NCBI GenBank assembly: GCA_963702475.1 | Contig: CAVPCT010000002.1 | Span: 192,001 to 256,000 of the forward strand | DNA length: 64,000 nucleotides | Reading direction: 5' to 3' | Origin: an uncultured Thermoleophilia bacterium | GTDB lineage: Bacteria; Actinomycetota; Thermoleophilia; UBA2241 | In this document: positions 60,436 through 64,000 of the stretch, in pieces | Position numbering within the stretch: position 1 is the first letter of the stretch | How the letters are laid out: every line of letters begins with the position of its first letter | Program-made: the position numbers and the translations under genes | Notes under the pieces: model-generated | The model's input: the letters and a program-made list of their open reading frames with translations, nothing else | The model's database searches: none | What the model was told of the DNA's origin: nothing

Positions 60436-63400
60436 TCAGGGGCGCGAGGGACACGTGGGCAGAGTGAATCTGACGTACACCGTGTGCGTCGTGCCGTCCT
60501 TGAGCGTCATGACGAACGCGCGACACGTGCCCGCCCAGGATGGGTTGGTCACCCACAGGTAGTTGTAGGTCTTGGTGACGGGCGAGTAGAAGTACAGTGG
60601 GCTGAGCGCGCACGTGGGGAGCGGCTTCAATGGTCCGATCGGCGCCAGCGTCGAGCATGAGATCTGCTGCGAAGCCGGCATGCCGCTCGCGAAGATGTCC
60701 GGTCCGTGATAGCCGCCGAGGCTGAAGACCATCTTGAGGATGGTGCCGGCTTGCGCGTTGACCGCTTGGGGCTTGTCCCATGTCCCTGGGCAGAGGCCGG
60801 TGAACTGGTACCGCACCGCGAGCTCATAGCTTCGGCTGGTCGACCGGCCGTTCGCGTCTCTGACGGCGATGGTGAAGGCGAAGACGCCCACCCTCGTCGG
60901 AGCGCCTGAGAGGACTCCGGTACTCGACAAGCTCATGCCTGGCGGTAGGGCGCCCGCCGCAACCATGAAGGTGTAAGGGCGCGCGCCGTTCCTGACGAGA
61001 AGGCTCTGCCGATACAGCACACCGAGCTGGGCGTCGGGCAGCTCCGGGGGCAGCAGCGCCATCTGGCGCACCGTCAGCGTCGCCGCCCTCGACCTCGTGC
61101 TGGCACAGGTGTTGCTGAACACCGCTTGGTAACGGTTGCCGCTCTGGGAGGCGGCCGCCGTGAAGCTCAGCGTCGCGCTCGTGGCGCCGGGGAGGTCGCT
61201 CCAGGTGAGGCCGCCGTCGCTGCTCACCTGCCACTGCACGGTAGGCGCCGGTGAGCCGGAGGCGGCGGCCGTGAAGCCGGCCGTCTGCCCGTCGTCCACC
61301 GTGAGGTCGGCCGGCTGGGAGGTGATCTGCGGCGGCGTGTTCACGGTGAGGGTGGCCGCGTCCGTTGTGGCTGTCCCGGATCCATTGCTGAACACCGCCC
61401 GGTAACGGTTGCCGCTCTGGGAGGCGGCCGCCGTGAAGCTCAGGGTCGCGCTCGTGGCGCCGGGGAGGTCGCTCCAGGTGAGGCCGCCGTCGCTGCTCAC
61501 CTGCCACTGCAGGGTAGGCGCCGGTGAGCCGGAGGCGGCGGCCGTGAAGCCGGCCGTCTGGCCGGCGCAGACGGTCGTGTCGGCGGGCTGGGTGGTGATC
61601 TGCGGCGGGGTGTCCACGGTGAGGGTGGCGGACGCGGAGGTCGCCTGGCCGAGGTCGTTGCTGAACACCGCCCGGTAACGGTTGCCGCTCTGGGAGGCGG
61701 CCGCCGTGAAGCTCAGCGTCGCGCTCGTGGCGCCGGGGAGGTCGCTCCAGGTGAGGCCGCCGTCGCTGCTCACCTGCCACTGCACGGTGATCTCGGGTGT
61801 CCCGGTCGCTGCCGCGGTGAATGTCGCGTCAGAACCCGCGCTGACGGTCTGGTCGACCGGGTCCGTCGACACGGTGGGCGGAGCGCACGGGTTCACGGGA
61901 GACGACGTGTTGCGCGGGTCAGGCGTTGCGACCCGGAAGTCGGACGCGTTGTCGTCGGTGTCGACGCACCCGGCGCCGCGACGCAGCGCGGCCGTCGTGT
62001 TCGAGATGCTGCCCGTCGGCCCGGTTCCCTCGAAGCAGTTCGTCCCGGTTCCGTAACCCACCTTGTCGGCAACGCCGGGGCCGGCGGGACACGACGTGCC
62101 GGTCGGGATGAGCGTCTGGCTCGCGACGAGGACGACCTTGCCGACCGACTGGTGGATGGTGATCGTGCCGACAGCGTCGGGGGTGGGAAGATCAACGGTG
62201 CCGCCCGCCCCTTGGGCCTCTTGCACAAGGTAGTAGCCGTGTGGCGGGATGGTGCCGGAGAGGTCGGTCTTGAACCACGTGACACCGACCGTCGACGCGT
62301 ACTGGACCGACCACCCGGACAACGAGACTGTGCTGGAGCTCCGGTTGAAGAGCTCGATGAAGTCGTTCTTCAGAGTTGCGCCGACGTTGCCGCCACCGCC
62401 GTAGACCTGGCTGATGACCACCGCCGGCAGACGCACCATCAGAGTCGCAGCGTTCGACGTGGTGCTGGCACAGGTGTTGCTGAACACCGCTTGGTAACGG
62501 TTGCCGCTCTGGGAGGCGGCCGCCGTGAAGCTCAGCGTCGCGCTCGTGGCGCCGGGGAGGTCGCTCCAGGTGAGGCCGCCGTCGCTGCTCACCTGCCACT
62601 GCACGGTAGGCGCCGGTGAGCCGGAGGCGGCGGCCGTGAAGCCGGCCGTCTGCCCGTCGTCCACCGTGAGGTCGGCCGGCTGGGAGGTGATCTGCGGCGG
62701 CGTGTTCACGGTGAGGGTGGCCGCGTCCGTTGTGGCTGTCCCGGATCCATTGCTGAACACCGCCCGGTAACGGTTGCCGCTCTGGGAGGCGGCCGCCGTG
62801 AAGCTCAGGGTCGCGCTCGTGGCGCCGGGGAGGTCGCTCCAGGTGAGGCCGCCGTCGCTGCTCACCTGCCACTGCACGGTAGGCGCCGGTGAGCCGGAGG
62901 CGGCGGCCGTGAAGCCGGCCGTCTGGCCGGCGCAGACGGTCGTGTCAGTGGGCTGGGTGGTGACGGAGGGAGCGACGGCGCACGGGTTCAGCGGCGAGGC
63001 GGTGTTGCGCGGCGCCGGCGCTCCTGCCGCGAAGTCCGCCACGTTGCTGTCGGTCTCCATGCATCCCCCGCCGTTGCGCAGCACCGCGGTCGAGTTCGTG
63101 GTCGCTGGCGCGGCGCCCGGGCCCTCGTAGAAGTTGGCGGCCCCCCACCCGACGAGATCGACGATCAACGCCAGCTGCGCGGGCGTGCAGGGGGTGGAAC
63201 CCCCGTTGCAGGCGAGGCCCGTCGTGGTGCTCGCGAGGATGACCTTGCCGCCCGTCGCGCTCATCGCGGTCGTGCCGATCGCGTCAGGAGTCGGCAGTGC
63301 CGATCCAGCCGCTCCTCCTGAAGACAGCTGCACGAGGTAGTACTGGCCCGGAGCCAGGGAACCCGAGAGCGGCGTGACGTTCGCCGAGAACAGGCCCGTT

Positions 63401-63660
63401 CCGGTCGCCGACGCGTACTGTATGGACCAGCCGGTTAGAGAGGCGGTCGTCGCACCCCGGTTGAAGAGCTCCACGTAGTCATTGCGATAGGGGGCGCCGA
63501 CGTTGCCGCCGCCGCCATAGACCTGGCTGATGACGACCGTGGTAGACAACGCTGCAGCCGACGGCGTGTGTGTGACGGCGACCGTCGCAGCGACGCACAG
63601 CGCGACGAGGAAGACCCCGATCCGGGTCATGGAACGGCGGACGCCACGTGAATCGGTCAT
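60436..63660 (-). CDS. Secreted protein: 2 lamin-tail domains, 5 Ig-like repeats, putative Ig domain and PxKF-like C-terminus
   Basis: Signal peptide; VVISQVYGGGGN twice; SGSPAPTVQWQ..YRAVFSN-type repeats; YNYLW.T..W.GTCR. Confidence 0.85.
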   Translation of the reverse strand: MTDSRGVRRSMTRIGVFLVALCVAATVAVTHTPSAAALSTTVVISQVYGGGGNVGAPYRNDYVELFNRGATTASLTGWSIQYASATGTGLFSANVTPLSGSLAPGQYYLVQLSSGGAAGSALPTPDAIGTTAMSATGGKVILASTTTGLACNGGSTPCTPAQLALIVDLVGWGAANFYEGPGAAPATTNSTAVLRNGGGCMETDSNVADFAAGAPAPRNTASPLNPCAVAPSVTTQPTDTTVCAGQTAGFTAAASGSPAPTVQWQVSSDGGLTWSDLPGATSATLSFTAAASQSGNRYRAVFSNGSGTATTDAATLTVNTPPQITSQPADLTVDDGQTAGFTAAASGSPAPTVQWQVSSDGGLTWSDLPGATSATLSFTAAASQSGNRYQAVFSNTCASTTSNAATLMVRLPAVVISQVYGGGGNVGATLKNDFIELFNRSSSTVSLSGWSVQYASTVGVTWFKTDLSGTIPPHGYYLVQEAQGAGGTVDLPTPDAVGTITIHQSVGKVVLVASQTLIPTGTSCPAGPGVADKVGYGTGTNCFEGTGPTGSISNTTAALRRGAGCVDTDDNASDFRVATPDPRNTSSPVNPCAPPTVSTDPVDQTVSAGSDATFTAAATGTPEITVQWQVSSDGGLTWSDLPGATSATLSFTAAASQSGNRYRAVFSNDLGQATSASATLTVDTPPQITTQPADTTVCAGQTAGFTAAASGSPAPTLQWQVSSDGGLTWSDLPGATSATLSFTAAASQSGNRYRAVFSNGSGTATTDAATLTVNTPPQITSQPADLTVDDGQTAGFTAAASGSPAPTVQWQVSSDGGLTWSDLPGATSATLSFTAAASQSGNRYQAVFSNTCASTRSRAATLTVRQMALLPPELPDAQLGVLYRQSLLVRNGARPYTFMVAAGALPPGMSLSSTGVLSGAPTRVGVFAFTIAVRDANGRSTSRSYELAVRYQFTGLCPGTWDKPQAVNAQAGTILKMVFSLGGYHGPDIFASGMPASQQISCSTLAPIGPLKPLPTCALSPLYFYSPVTKTYNYLWVTNPSWAGTCRAFVMTLKDGTTHTVYVRFTLPTCPSRP
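61097..62963. repeat. Near-identical intragenic duplications (~500 bp at 61097-61598 and 62462-62963; 273-bp unit)
   Basis: Same ~110-nt core at about 61128, 61401, 61674, 62493 and 62766. Confidence 0.9.
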
Positions 63661-64000
63661 GATCCAAGCTCCCCTCTGTCTCCCACACGGCTCTCGACCG
63701 CACGCGGACTTGCCACCGAGCTCGCGTCGATGCGAGGACGCGTGTCGCATAGTTCGTCAGGAGGTGTCGTTTCCCCTAGGGCGGACTCAGGGCTGGCAGC
63801 GAAACGCCCGCTGCGTCGTGCTCGCCCCGGATCCGTCGATTCCTCTTCGTCGTCAGGCCACTATAGTCGGCAGCGCAGGCCAGGACCTTACCTTTCCTGG
63901 GTCCCAGGAAGTGGCAGCCGCGTCTGCCCCTCCGCGGTGCGTTCGGCGGTACCCAAGGCGTAGTCTGGCAGCGGACAGGGATTGGTAGGCGATCTGATGT

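Noticed and set aside
61097-62963. Diversity-generating retroelement TR/VR pair
   Set aside because: Both copies are in-frame coding, differences are few and not adenine-specific, and there is no RT

Overview
High-GC bacterial chromosomal window. Gene content, codon usage and frequent leaderless-type promoters suggest Actinomycetota (Thermoleophilia-like); this is an inference. Bases 1-44 kb are mostly housekeeping and metabolic: the dnaJ-prmA-mtaB-yqeY/phoH-ybeY-dgkA-cdd-era-deoC-hisI cluster, envelope genes, tRNA-Leu(CAA) followed by a dlt-like ACP/ligase/MBOAT/SGNH acylation cluster, duplicated DUF294 nucleotidyltransferase + TIM-barrel modules, two MoxR-vWA pairs, a DAK2-DegV fusion and pntAB. 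Bases ~44.5-60.2 kb are an accessory region of short, mostly co-oriented genes (TA modules, GNATs, methyltransferase, TfoX, GFA, VOC) separated by at least 9 attC-like hairpins. This looks like an integron cassette array with no integrase in the window. Many of its cores read GAC/GTC rather than AAC/GTT, and a duplicated 57-bp element heads each cassette run. A second strong signal is a candidate programmed -1 frameshift joining MoxR to vWA at ~37060. The window ends with a secreted lamin-tail/Ig-repeat protein carrying recent internal DNA duplications.
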